NCBI GenBank assembly: GCA_000708835.1
Contig: DF237061.1
Coordinates: 1-64,000, forward strand
Source of the DNA: Klebsormidium nitens
Lineage: Eukaryota; Plantae; Klebsormidiophyceae
Direction: 5' to 3'
DNA length: 64,000 nucleotides
Shown: positions 24,901-36,257 of the stretch, piece after piece
Position numbering within the stretch: the stretch's first letter is position 1
Layout: every line of letters begins with the position of its first letter
Notes under the pieces: model-generated
The model's input: the letters and a program-made list of their open reading frames with translations, nothing else
Database searches by the model: none
What the model was told of the DNA's origin: nothing
Translations under genes and position numbers: made by a program

Positions 24901-27900
24901 GTTGGCAAATGACATGCGTACTGCCAAGGCTGCTGAGGGCGGAGACATTTGTCGCCGGCCGTTGATGCCAACCTTCTGGGACAAGTGAAGCATTGTACAG
25001 ATGCACTTTCCGCGTTCTGCTTTCGGATGACATATGCACTAAAGAAGAGTTGGCGACTGATTGAAGGATCGTCGGTGTTACAGAGCCGATTAACACCAGC
25101 GGGAGTTGTATTTGAGCAACCCCAGCCTGGATTACTTGCGGCTGTTACGTCCACAACTTCGAGCTCCTTGTCTGTCATGTCCAGGAAGGCGTTTCTGGAG
25201 TGGTTGTTTTTGTGTCAGCACACGCTTGTATTGTCCGCTGCTATTCATCCAATAAAACCCAGCACTTGCTGTCGTCCAGAGTCTCTTTGGTTGTGAGTAC
25301 TGGCCTGAAGGTTGCGAAGTCTGTGGCTATGATACGAGCACCGCTGCCAATGGCTTCTCCGGCAATGCTCATTGTGGATGAGTTCTGATGCCCCCTTGTG
25401 CTCATCCTAGAAGCATACAGATCTTCTGCTCACATTCAGCGTCCTTTGCCTGGTTTCATTCGCGAGAGCTCTGTTATCAAGATCCCACTCAAAAGGTTAA
25501 TCGTTTAAACCTCTTCACGAACTGATCTGTTGAGTACGCGAACAATCCAAAAACCTGGCATTAAAAGTTGGAGACGGTTAATGTAAGAAGTTCAAGTGCT
25601 ATCTCAAGCCAGATCCCTTGTTTGACGGTTTAGCGCCTTGCTGCAAGACGAGGCAATGATGAGGCAGCAGGTGGGAGCATCGGTGGGAGCTTTCCATATG
25701 GTCCATAGGCCTCTGATGTCGCTCAAAAAATAATCTTAACCATGATTTGTATGCCAAATACTGCAAACTGGAATAAAGAGAGTAAGATCCCTAGGCAAAA
25801 CGTGCATGCTCACTTCTGCAATGTGGGCTGCACGCAACGTCTGCAGAGGCGTCCTCGCCTTGGGGCGCCCAGCAGTCCCCACTACTACGACCTGATCGTT
25901 CCGTGATGAGAGTGTTCGTTCCGCCTTCTTTTAGTTGCCATTCTGAGAGCTTCGAGGCAGATTCCGCAATCTTATCTGCTTTTGGAAATGCACAGGCTTC
26001 AGGAGGGAACTTGCAGGGTTTTCGAACTTGTGGCAATGATTAGGCGTGCTGTGCCAAGCGCATGCTCTGGCAAACCTGTTCAGCGTCATTGAGATTATGA
26101 CTGCCGGAATCAGATTGGCTGAAGCTCGTCTAATATATAAGTCAGCACATCAGCTTGCAATTGTACGTAGAAGTTCAGTTCATTTTGTGGCAAACTTGGG
26201 AACGAACCTCTCACTTCCATGTCGCAGGTGAACAATACGGACAACCTGGAACCGTACGCGTGTCCCGTCTGCAAGTCTCCCGTCACTCCAAAGGACGTCT
26301 TCAGCCCCGCCACACTGCGCAAAGTCGAGCGGGGTCAGATTGACGGTCCAGATCCTGCCACGTCAACAGCGGAGGCTTCCCAAGCGTCCCCTGCCGTCCG
26401 ATCGTCGTCCAAGATCAACAACATGATCCGAATCCTTTCCGAGCTGCCAAAGCGGGTCGTGAGTGTGTCGCGAGAGACGGGGGAGATTGTGGGCGACCAC
26501 AAGGGGGGCATTGGGGCGGTGGAGTCTCCGGAAGAGGAGGGCGCGGGGACGTACGTGCGGGAGACCACGGAAAAGGCAATCATCTTCTCGCAGGTGAGGG
26601 TTTTGAAAATTACGTCCGGCGTTTGGCCTGTAGCCTACTCGAGACATTGCACTTTGTGCTAACTGGAGCGTCGAACAGTCCGTGTTTTCAGCTTTTTGAC
26701 ATTATTCACTGGCACTGGCGAAGCTCTGTAGATTCGAGCAGTCTGCAGTGACGAAGCCAGATCCTCTCTTCTATGTTCCTCGATTTGGTAGTAGGCAAGC
26801 CGCCTGCTGAAGTCCTCCCCAGTCGGTGAACCGGAATCCTTTGTGACGTAAAGCTTCCAAGCGGGCAGTCTTTCGGGGTCTGTGCTCCTTCAACTCAGGC
26901 TTGCAACAAGGTTCTCCAACCAAACGAAACTCGAATCGTTAGAGGAGCTTTTGGTCCACGGACGTCTGAAGGCCGTGCTTTGCTCGTCTCTGCTAGTGGA
27001 CAAGGCATGCTTAGACATTATGAAAACCTGGGGTCCTTGTAACGATACGTTTCGAATTGAAAACCAACCCAAAAAGGATGAGTTGGCTAGATAATAAAGT
27101 CGTTTAGCTGTCGATAATCTGAAGGCCGTTTCTTCTCCAGGAATATATGCATTGACCCCTTTCGCATTGCTTAAAACGGACTTTTGCTCCAATCCACGTA
27201 GAGGGTAGACTCCTCGCTCATTTGTCTACCGATCTCTTATCGGGATCAACGTAGTTCTTTGCAAGAAAAGAGTCCCTTTTTTGCAGTGGACGAGCATGCT
27301 GAACTTGTTGGAGGGCCCCCTTCAGCACGCGGGCTTCCAATACCGCCGCCTCGACGGAACGATGACCGTGCAGGCGAGGGACCGAGCGATTAGCGACTTC
27401 ACCAAGCGGCCCGAGGTACGCCGCTCTAGTTGCTTCGGTCCCTTTTCAATCTTAGCCGAATTCTTCCCGCTCTTTGAGATGAGATGTGCTGACGCCTGCC
27501 GTTCGAGGGCTGGTGTTTGGGCGGACTCTCGTGTTCGTTTTTTTTGCTTTTTCGGTCTCTCTTCGCAAATGGAATGTCGACGGTCACGGACGGGTGTCGG
27601 GTTGCGAAAGCCAATTGGATGGTCAAACAAGCTCAGGGTGTTACATACTCTGCAAGCATGCTGCTATGCCGGTTTAAAGCTCTTGAGGTCCTTGACGTGC
27701 TGCGAGCGGGTCAGGCCATTGTGTACGTTCTTAGGAGCACAGCTTGAGTTGACGGATCCGCTAACCCCGTTTTTAAATCGTGCTCGTCGTTTCTACACGG
27801 ACATGCTTCCTGTGCCAGAACCAACTACGAGGCTATTGAAGATTCTTTCAATGTTTGTATCTTTTGCAGGTGACCGTGATGATCATGTCGCTTAAGGCGG

Positions 27901-28967
27901 CCAGTTTGGGCCTCAACCTAGTTGCGGCGTCGCACGTGCTGCTGCTCGACGTGTGGTGGAACCCGACGACGGAGGACCAGGCGATTGACCGCGCGCACCG
28001 AATCGGACAGACGCGGACGGTCAACGTGTCGCGCCTCGCCGTCCGAGCGACCGTCGAGGACAGGATCCTCGCGCTCCAGGTAAGGTTATTGGCCCGGAGT
28101 CAAACAGAGCCTCGACTTCGTTTCGAATGAAGGCCTGTGACTAGTCGAATATAGGAGTATAAATCAGGTAGGATAGTTTCTAGGTGGGATAGTAACAGTC
28201 CTCGGGGGAACAGGTTACGAAAATTCTAGATCGACAAATGTACCCGCTCCGCAACCGTACCCACCCTAACCCCCTGAGTAACCCCACCTGTTCTCCGGGC
28301 CATGACCATATCCTACCTGGAACTATCCTACCTAGAACTATCCTACCTAAACTGAAGGTCTATCGATCGGACCAATTCCCGAACTCAAGGAGACCAAATT
28401 CAACCTGCTCTGCACCCGGACCCACCCTAAGCCTCCAAACCACCTTCCTATCATTTCGCGGGCATGACCTATTTCAATCTAGCCGTAACTCAACATCGAG
28501 TCGAGATTTCTAAGCTGGATCGGCGACACTTTGGGCCCGCTTGTAAGGGGTCATTGTGCCGCACAGGCAGTCCGAATGATCATATTGAGAAAGATGACAT
28601 GGAGCCAATCCTGTAACACGGTAGAGCGCTTCTTTTTTCTGCCCCTCCGTGTTAATGAACAGTCCAGTAAGAGAAGGCCTTGACTCGACTCGAAAAGAGT
28701 GCTAAGACTCGACACCCAAGTGGTGACACTCAGGAAAAATGTGCAAGAGAAACTGGGCTTCTTCTCGGGAGACTGTGCACCGAAGCTCATTCTGGGGGTA
28801 ATGTGTAAGAGAATTGAAGGCGTGTCGGAGAGCCATCTTTTTGTGATGTCCTGTGGATGCAGGAGAAGAAGCGCCAAATTGTCGCTTCAGCTTTTGGCGA
28901 GCAGGAGGGTGGAGGGACGGCAAGGCTGTCAGCGGAAGATTTGGCGTTCCTTTTCCGGTCCCAGTAG
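15980..28967 (+). CDS. SNF2-family RING-finger helicase (RAD5/RAD16 group; CHR27/CHR28/Uls1-like)
   Basis: Exons: 15980-17897 (contains N gap), 18470-18795 ([10 protein letters not shown]...GGILADDQ), 19184-19982 (GLGKT...[14 protein letters not shown], with an internal frameshift), 20249-20581 (YDIVLTTY...[14 protein letters not shown]...[11 protein letters not shown]), 21154-21285 ([13 protein letters not shown]), 22084-22323 (IMMRRTK...[13 protein letters not shown]), 23301-23525 (ACNH...CSLCHD...CCHVFCRQC), 26228-26593 (CPVC...SSKI...KAIIFSQ), 27287-27415 (RRLDGTM), 27870-28079 ([41 protein letters not shown]), 28863-28967 ([14 protein letters not shown]). The start codon is tentative. 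Confidence 0.95.
17356..17792. other. Assembly gap (437 N) inside helicase exon 1
   Basis: Run of N. Confidence 1.
20161..20205 (+). repeat. Intronic copy of acceptor plus exon start (helicase exon 20249)
   Basis: gatccacag|ctggcccagtacgacatcgtgctgaccac at 20166-20203 versus gatccacag|ctggcccagtacgacatcgtgttgaccac at 20240-20277. Confidence 0.95.
21940..22022 (+). repeat. Intronic copy of acceptor plus exon start (helicase exon 22084)
   Basis: tctctcag|gtcaacctcagcatgatcatgatgtggcgcacgaagcagacggtg versus tctctcag|gtgatcctcagcatgatcatgatgcggcgcacgaagcagacggtg. Confidence 0.95.
22454..22990 (+). repeat. Four degenerate copies of the 3' end plus donor of helicase exon 22084-22323
   Basis: Copies of agcgccggcacgttgaacaagaactacgtcaacatcctgtggatgctcctgcggctgcgccag|gt at 22454-22517, ~22613-22672, ~22776-22831, ~22922-22989. 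Confidence 0.93.
23583..23660 (+). repeat. Intronic copy of RING-exon 3' end plus donor
   Basis: gcaccagaggagg...gtgcattgcggaacag|gtgagc is repeated ~127 bp downstream of the true exon end at 23525. Confidence 0.9.
28166..28352. repeat. Inverted repeat built of 15-nt units, in the last helicase intron
   Basis: aggtaggatagtttctaggtgggatag (28166-28192) is near-complementary to ctatcctacctagaactatcctacct (28323-28348); the right arm has three tatcctacct units. Confidence 0.75.
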
Positions 28968-29740
28968 ACGTTAAGTGGGCAATGTGCATTATGGATAAAC
29001 CCCTCCAAGAGATATACTGGTATCCAGGGTGCTAGAGCTTGCACGCTGTGTTGGAAGAAGCAACTTCGAGTCGACCAGAAGGGCTCTTCTTGTCTAATAA
29101 CCTACCTTGTGCTTCGAAGACTAGCACCTTGTCACTCCTCTTTGATGTATGTTGCAAACGATGTTCGATTATTAAGTCCTAATATGGAAGTCAGGCTAGG
29201 ACACACACATCAGAGCCAAGCCTTTGAAGTGCATGGCACTCTTTCTTTGCTTTCAAGGTTCCTGGCCATTCATTCTTTTGCTGGGTTTGTGTGCGATTCT
29301 GAGGGAACGTCGTGGTACCATGATACATGTATCGTGCATTTATGTGAGAGGGTTCGTAAGATGACTTCGAGCTACACATACCAAGTCGTTGATGCTAAGT
29401 CATGAACCGGACACTTACGGTATAGGTGGTGGTGGCTTCTTCCGCAAGCCTTTGCGCTTATGCCCATGATGTGGCAGAGATACACGCAGCCGGGTCATTG
29501 GTAGATTGGCTGGCCATAAAGTATGTTCGATTACGTACACATGCATGTGCGGGCTATATATTTTACTAGGAGTCGATCCACTAGTTTGCACGATCTCCGG
29601 CCTGCCAGCACTCAGTGCCACATGGTGGTCGAACATGTCATTCGGTAACATCCGATCCACTGAATCGACGCAATTGCCTCGCGTCCGACTCATATACTAT
29701 GCTAGCATGTATATTATCTCGCATACATGTGTCCATTGCA

Positions 29741-29797
29741 CTCTTCTCGATCAGACATGCACCGTACCGTCTCTTCTCGATCAGACACCGTACCGTC
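29741..29797. repeat. ~30-bp direct duplication (intergenic)
   Basis: ctcttctcgatcagaca...accgtaccgtc twice. Confidence 0.85.
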
Positions 29798-30620
29798 CGT
29801 TTGGGCCCGCGGTGAGGTGGCATGTTTTGACTGGTACCATCAGCGCAATTTCAGCCAAATGCACGACGAGACATTCAGTGGCTGATAAGCTCCAACTCGG
29901 ATAGGTTGCTGAGAAGGTTTTTCACATGTACCAAGGAGTTCATTGTAGCGTCGGTAAGGTGATTAGGAACGTTTGGTAGGTAGCATAGACATGGAAGAAT
30001 GCTAAAGAAACACATTTACAATATGTATGCCATGCGAAGCCTATGGCCGATCACTAGCTGGCAACGGCGTACTATTTTTGAAAAGAGACCATCATGGGTC
30101 ACAATCGACCACGTGGCTTCTTGCCATGATCCTTATAAAAGTCCACTGAGTCTGGCTCATGTGCTCACCCACTGACTGATTTTCAGGATTTTGTAGTGCA
30201 AACTCAGGACTGGGGGAATATCTAGCAGGTCGCGGGGCAGTGGTCACCAAGAATCAATGCAAGCTAGGTCAGCCCCATGTCCATCGATTGTCAAGACATT
30301 GGCATGTTGTAGTTAATTTGTGAACCATGTCTAATAGAGGGTGTAGGATGCACACAATTACATGCATCTTAGTGAACGGCTTTGAAGCTGAACCCAACAT
30401 ATGAGTTGAGATGATTACTACAGAGCTTAGAAAGCAATGCTGTACGTTTTGACCTCATTCTTGAATCAACACTCTTACACTTTGTTCATGTCTCACGATC
30501 GTATTGATGTCTCCGTATTTCCGCAAAAATGTCAACAACGGACTGCTCCAGCGCCGGCTTCGGGTGCACTTCCAACCCCGAACGCAGGCCAGAGCTCGCG
30601 CTTCCGCTCCACAACTCGAA

Positions 30621-33600
30621 TCAACTCTCCTGGCTGGCTTTCACCTTCTCGAGGGCTTCGCCGGCTTTCGCTTGCGCTTGACTCACAAGGGGTTTGGATG
30701 CGTCGACAGCTTTCCTGACGAGGGGCACCGCCTCCTTTGCCGCCTTCCCAACCAAAGGCTGCGCTTGCTTTGCGAGCTTGTTGCCGGCAGCCACCGCTTG
30801 ATCGGCGAGCGGCTTCACTTTGTCAAACACGGGGCCAACTGTCTTGGCTATGTCATTCATTACCTGCAGCAGAGAAGCAACACTCCGGTAACCCTCAATT
30901 GTGTTGAGGGCTGATTGTTCTAAGGTAAGCATACGGGGGGAGGGGGGGGTAAGGGTGGGTGCAGGTGCGGAGCGCGTAACATCTTGGTTAGGGTTTTTAG
31001 TTGAGGTGCCCGGGGCTTGTGTATCTTAAACCAATCTTCTTTTATTCCAGTCTCGAGTTACCAGTGTAGAAGCACCCGTGTTGTGTGATTGACACAAATG
31101 TGCCAATCTACAGGGTCTAGACAGCCTTCCTCGAAACGTGAGCTGTTTATCACGGTGATCAAATATTGTCAGACATTCTTTCCAGGCAGTCTCGACAACA
31201 AGAAGGGCGAACTCCTGCCACGTCCTCTAACGTGGTCGGCGTAAGCACTCAATTGTCCAACCAGAGAAACGACTTGCTGAGAGAGCCTTTCTTTCCAGTG
31301 GGTGAATCGTACTCGTGCCGAAATAGGGAGCCAAAATGGCTGTCCGAGCGTGAGAGGCCAATACAGAATGTGCACACCAACAATGGTCAAAGGAAGTCGA
31401 GGGACGCTGAGAAACACCCGCCAACGATGATAATCACGCACTTGAGAAGTCCTTATGCCCGAAAGCATACTAAGTAATTTGAGCTCCTTTGCTGCAACTA
31501 CCTGCACTAACACAAGGTCGGCGCAAGAACAGGCACTAAGCAATCGTGTCAACCCCAACAATCCTGCTCGACAAGGATGAATCAATTATCCACCAAATAC
31601 CCCAGAAAAACCACCAATTGCAAGCACCGACTAAGACTGACAAAAGGCATGCTTGAGCAGACGTCTCAACCTAAAGTTTCTATTAACAGAAACTCGTGCT
31701 CACCGCTTCAATCTTCTCGCTCTGGCTCTTTGGCAAGAAGAACGCAACGGTGATCGCCCCCGCATAAAGACCCAGGACGAGGAACTGCGCGAGGAACAGG
31801 GGAAGGTACCCGTGCGTCTTCTTCGACTTCGCTGCCTCCTTGGCTGTCTCTTGGGCCTGCAAACACAAACAGAGCTCGTTCCTTTCTTATTGGGTGACAC
31901 AAACAGAGCTCGTTCCTTTCTTCTTAGTGAAAAAACCAGGTAGTAAGTTTTGGAAATAAACGAATCACTTATTGTAAACAACAGAGATAATGGAAGAGAT
32001 TTCATGCACAACGATTTATCCATAGCACAAAAAAAAATGTCGCAACGTTTTGTGAGTAGGTTAGAGGTCGTGAAAACGTGTCGGGTAGGCCTTTGAAATT
32101 CCAAATCAGTACTTCCATGTCTCGCATCCCACTCTATCAAACTCGAATTGGGATGCGCTTTTTCGTCGGATCTAATCACAGACCTCTTGTTGAACCAAGG
32201 GGAGGCTATGGCGGTCAACACGGCTTCCGGACTGATTTCTGAACTCATCGTTGTCCCTTCCGTAAACAATTTTGTTTTCTCACGGGCAGCAATTGCGTTA
32301 CGACATTACTAAGATATAAAATTTGCAATTGGCGAGACCGTTGCACAGCTTTACGAGAGTCGAGATTGCCGGAACGTAAGGCTTCAATGCGTCTAAGCGT
32401 GCTCAACTGAGCCTCGCAAGGCCTTCGTGTCTGCAAACAACTCTCGACCCAAGGTCGAAAGCTCCAGGGAAAAGCACCAAGCACCACGCCAAAGTGAACG
32501 CCAGAACATTAATCTCTAAATCTACTCGCTCTGACCTAAACTACCCAGATAACCCAACCCGGGTTGGTGACCATACTGTTCTTGAGGCCTGATATTTTAC
32601 AAGACAGGACGAAACGGATGCAATTATTGGTCTCCCGACAGTGCAGCAAAGAACCCGCGAGCATGCCACACGGCAAACTCCGCACCATTCTTGGAAGCCT
32701 GATTTTACTCTCCGTGCGTATGCGTCCAAAACAGAAGAGCGACTCAAGAAAATACCAAAAATGCTTCAGCGACTGGCAAGAATCGTACCCGCTTCGCCTG
32801 TTGCTCCGCCTCCTTTTCTGCCTTGGCCGCAGCTTCCTTTGCGCGCGCCTCCACCTGAGCCTTCGCCTCTTGAGCCTTCTGCTCTAGAGCCTTCTGCAAG
32901 GGGCAGACTCAAAGAGGTGAGTGCCGAAAAAACCGTTGTTCGCAAATATCTTACCAGCCTTTTCTTTTGTAAAAGGACAAGAAATCCATTTGGGCTGCCA
33001 ACCATTCTAAAAACTTCCTTCGAGCGGTAACGGAACAGTATTGTTGCTCTTAGCAGGTAGCATACGCATTGCCAAACTCCTGAAAGTCTCATGAACAATC
33101 ATTCGGCGACAAATCTGACGATTCAACGCTTGTACGGATTAGCGGGCGGTTGAAAGGGCGTTAAAGCTGCATGCTGTCCAGGAGAATCAACCTCTGTTTG
33201 GTATCAATTTGCCCAGTCCGCGATCCTTGCCGGATCACCGTCGCTTGTCCAGAGGAGGCGAATACCATGAAGGTCTAGGCAGCGCGGTCGGGGAAGAGTC
33301 GTTAAGAGTCGTGAACGTTCTCGGGAACTAGATCAACCCACGAGACTCGTGTACTCCCGTTCGAGGCCAATCGAAGCTCGCTCTGGCGCTTGCAACTCGG
33401 CTTCCGACTAACAAACGGGACAGCCTTCATCAGCGTGCACATTGAAACCCAGCGGACCTCAGACGGGGGGTCTTCGTAACACGCACAAGCAGGTCGCAAC
33501 CCTTGGCTTACCTGCTCGGCAGCCCTTTTCTCTGCCTGCTCTCTCTCTCTCTTGGCCACCTCCTCCACGCGCTTCGCCCTCAGCTCCGCTGCAGTGGGAG

Positions 33601-35561
33601 CCTTCGGCTGCTCCGATTCGGCGGCCTTGGGCTCCGCTTTTTTCGAGGGGGTCTCCAGCGCCGACGAGAAGAGCGACAGAATGTCGTCATCAGCCGCAGG
33701 AGTTGCTGCCGCGACCGGAGTTGCGGTGATGGCGGCCGCGGCCACTGGGGGAGCCTGGGCGAGGATTGGCGCTACGACTGGTGCTTGAGTCTGGCTCTTC
33801 TGCAAGGGAGAACGAAAAAAGGATAATTGCACCCCGAAGGATGTTGAGAGCGGAGTCGCAGATTGATGACAAGCGCATTTGCGTGCAAGGCGAATAGATA
33901 TACTATGAAGTCTCTCAATCACAACGGTTGTAAGCATGCTAGGCAAACGCCCTCGATGGATTGATAAGGGCAGGTCCAACAGAGAAGGGTGCTCTTTGAA
34001 GAATGCGTTTATGTGACAAAGTCGTCAAAGAAAAGTTGAAATTGAATTCAAAAGGCCCGCATCTACAGAAGAGGCGGGCAGCAGGGATCCACTCAGGGGC
34101 TACCCAACCAATGCCCCAAAGTGCTCTGACCCTTCTCTTTGGCAGATGGAACAGAGCAGTCAAGAGCAAGGGCTGGAAACAGTTTCGTTATGGTCCCTTT
34201 TGTCGTTATGGTCCCTAAGTCACTTGAATGAGACCGCCTGGACATTTGAGCCATCTTGGGGAAGCCTGATGCCTCTAAGGAAAAAGTAGCAAAGGTCCAA
34301 AGGCTGGGCACCACACAAGAGAACGGGAGCGAAGAAGATGTCACACATGTTGCATCCTGTGTTTAGTGTTATCCTCTTTGTTGGCCAGCCCTTGACCCTT
34401 GAACCACCCAACATGTCACATTACGGCCATGTTCATGTAGCCAGTCCTCCGTGGAGTAGCTCCCAGTATTGGCAAGCCCCCCTCCTGTAGCCTCTACACA
34501 TAAATCCCAACTCCCTCCATCCATTCAATCAATGGTATATGAACGCTATAAACCAAAAAAAAGCTACAAATTATGAACTTGAACGAACTTGAACCGGACA
34601 CACCTTCACACTCTCCATCAAGGACTTGTAGTAGTCTCCAGATGACATCTCAGCACTTGCGTCGGGGACGAAGGGTGTGCCTCCTGCATTGGCAACTTTT
34701 ACGGTTTGAGTTGTGAGTCAGCAAAGGTCAGGGCTGACCCAAAGCAGGAACATTCTTCTATTTGAAAAGGTGCCGGGTACTTCAATTCTCTTGACGCTTC
34801 AAACCTCTGAGGGCTTCAAAGATGCTCGGTCATAGTGCCTTTTCATCTTGCCTTCACGAAATGTCCGCCATTCATCAGTCCCAAGTCCTTAAAAGTTCGT
34901 CTTCTATTGTTGCCATATATCAATTGCTTCTTTGGCCTTTGTTGCAGATAGCAGGTTCACAAAACTAAAGCGGTCAGGGTTAAGTGGCACCCTTTGAAAA
35001 ATTACCACTCTCTGTCACCAACTTATATTCATTGCAGATAGCAGAAGTCAATGTGACAGGAGCTGATAATAAGGTCCAGTGCTTGCAGGATTGAAAACAG
35101 AAAGGAAGGATCACATGTTTAAGTTGCATGTCGTAGATCCTTAGAATGCCGCGCATTGCGAATGACGGAGTGACCCATTGGGATTCATTCTGGTTACTGT
35201 CAACTGTAGGACTTGATACTGATGTCATTGATCCTCTCCGTCGAACCAGACTGATTCGACAGAAAGTTGCAGGGCGTACATGCGAAGCGACGTACTCACC
35301 AATGAGCACTGCAGCAAAAGAAGGAAGCAGCAGCCCCGCCAAGCCTGCTCGCTGCCGGCCCGTCTGGTCCTTTCCAATGTCATTCTTCACGGCCTTTATG
35401 CAAGTGGCTGCCCTTCGTCTTGACACATTAGATCTCACCCCCGGAAGGAGCGGCGTCTTTGCAATGGCATTCTGGCTGCCAAGCGACTGCGCCGAGGATC
35501 CATGCGGCAGGGCAAAGCCTGCCGAAGCGGAGCACAGAAGGGATGAGGTGGCGGCAGCCAT
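30621..35561 (-). CDS. Unknown plastid-targeted (likely thylakoid) single-pass membrane protein, ~375 aa, Ala/Lys/Glu-rich
   Basis: Phase-compatible GT-AG exons 35561-35300, 34683-34604, 33799-33512, 32893-32789, 31856-31704 and 30863-30621 give one open frame. It has a Ser/Ala/Arg-rich transit peptide (MAAATSSLLCSASAGF...), a hydrophobic stretch ending in DASA, a KAE-rich helical region, a TM segment LPLFLAQFLVLGLYAGAITVAFFLP, and a C-terminal helical repeat region. Confidence 0.8.
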
Positions 35562-36257
35562 GCTTTGAAGGGCGTCCAGCAGCACCACCAAATGCAGCCG
35601 ACCTAAGCACCGATAAGATCTTATTTAGCTACGTCTAGCTTTGCGTTTGTCTTGCTAGATTCTGAATGTGGTCGCCCTTACCGCGACTGAGTGAGGATGG
35701 TCACCACCTAGAACCGTAGAAGGCAAGAAGGACCCAGGCTCCGGCCCGGGGGGCCTAAGGAACCATGTTACGTACCGTCCGATGGGAAGTTGCTTATTTT
35801 GGACGCTGCGATTGCGCAAGATAGTGTCCCAAGCACATATGGTTTCCTCGGCTGGTGCAATCAGAAGGTTAGATGTATAGTTAACAGACAGTTAACACAC
35901 ATTTAGCTGTTAAATCCAGTCTTACCAGCCCTAAACGGCTGGGTGTCCGGACCCAAAAACAGTGGGGTTTGACGCTGACCCTTGGGAGGTCTAATCCTGC
36001 CATTGCTCGGTGATCCGGGCAAGAAGCCGTTTGCCTGCTGGAACATGGACCTTGATTGGAAACTCATGGGGGTGTTTTGGTCCCCCTGGAAGGACCCTGC
36101 ATGGCTGCGACCCTTGTCAAGTGAAGGAGAACATGGCTACGAAACAAGGAAAGCTAGTCGATTATGCCAGCCTTGGTTTGGGGTGAATCTTTGATGGCGG
36201 CGTCGTTGTGTGCTGTGTCGCGGCGTTGCCGGCTTGCTGAGGCATGGATATGCTAGC

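Noticed and set aside
24400-26100. Possible nested gene or transposon in the 2.7-kb helicase intron
   Set aside because: The short ORFs show no recognizable domain, and I could not find a consistent exon chain or terminal repeats.
28263-28285. Telomere-like ccctaaccc motif
   Set aside because: One or two degenerate units only, which is expected by chance.
34720-35000. aagtggcaccc and nearby words resembling the MITE TIR
   Set aside because: Only 11 bp are shared, with no matching opposite TIR or TSD.
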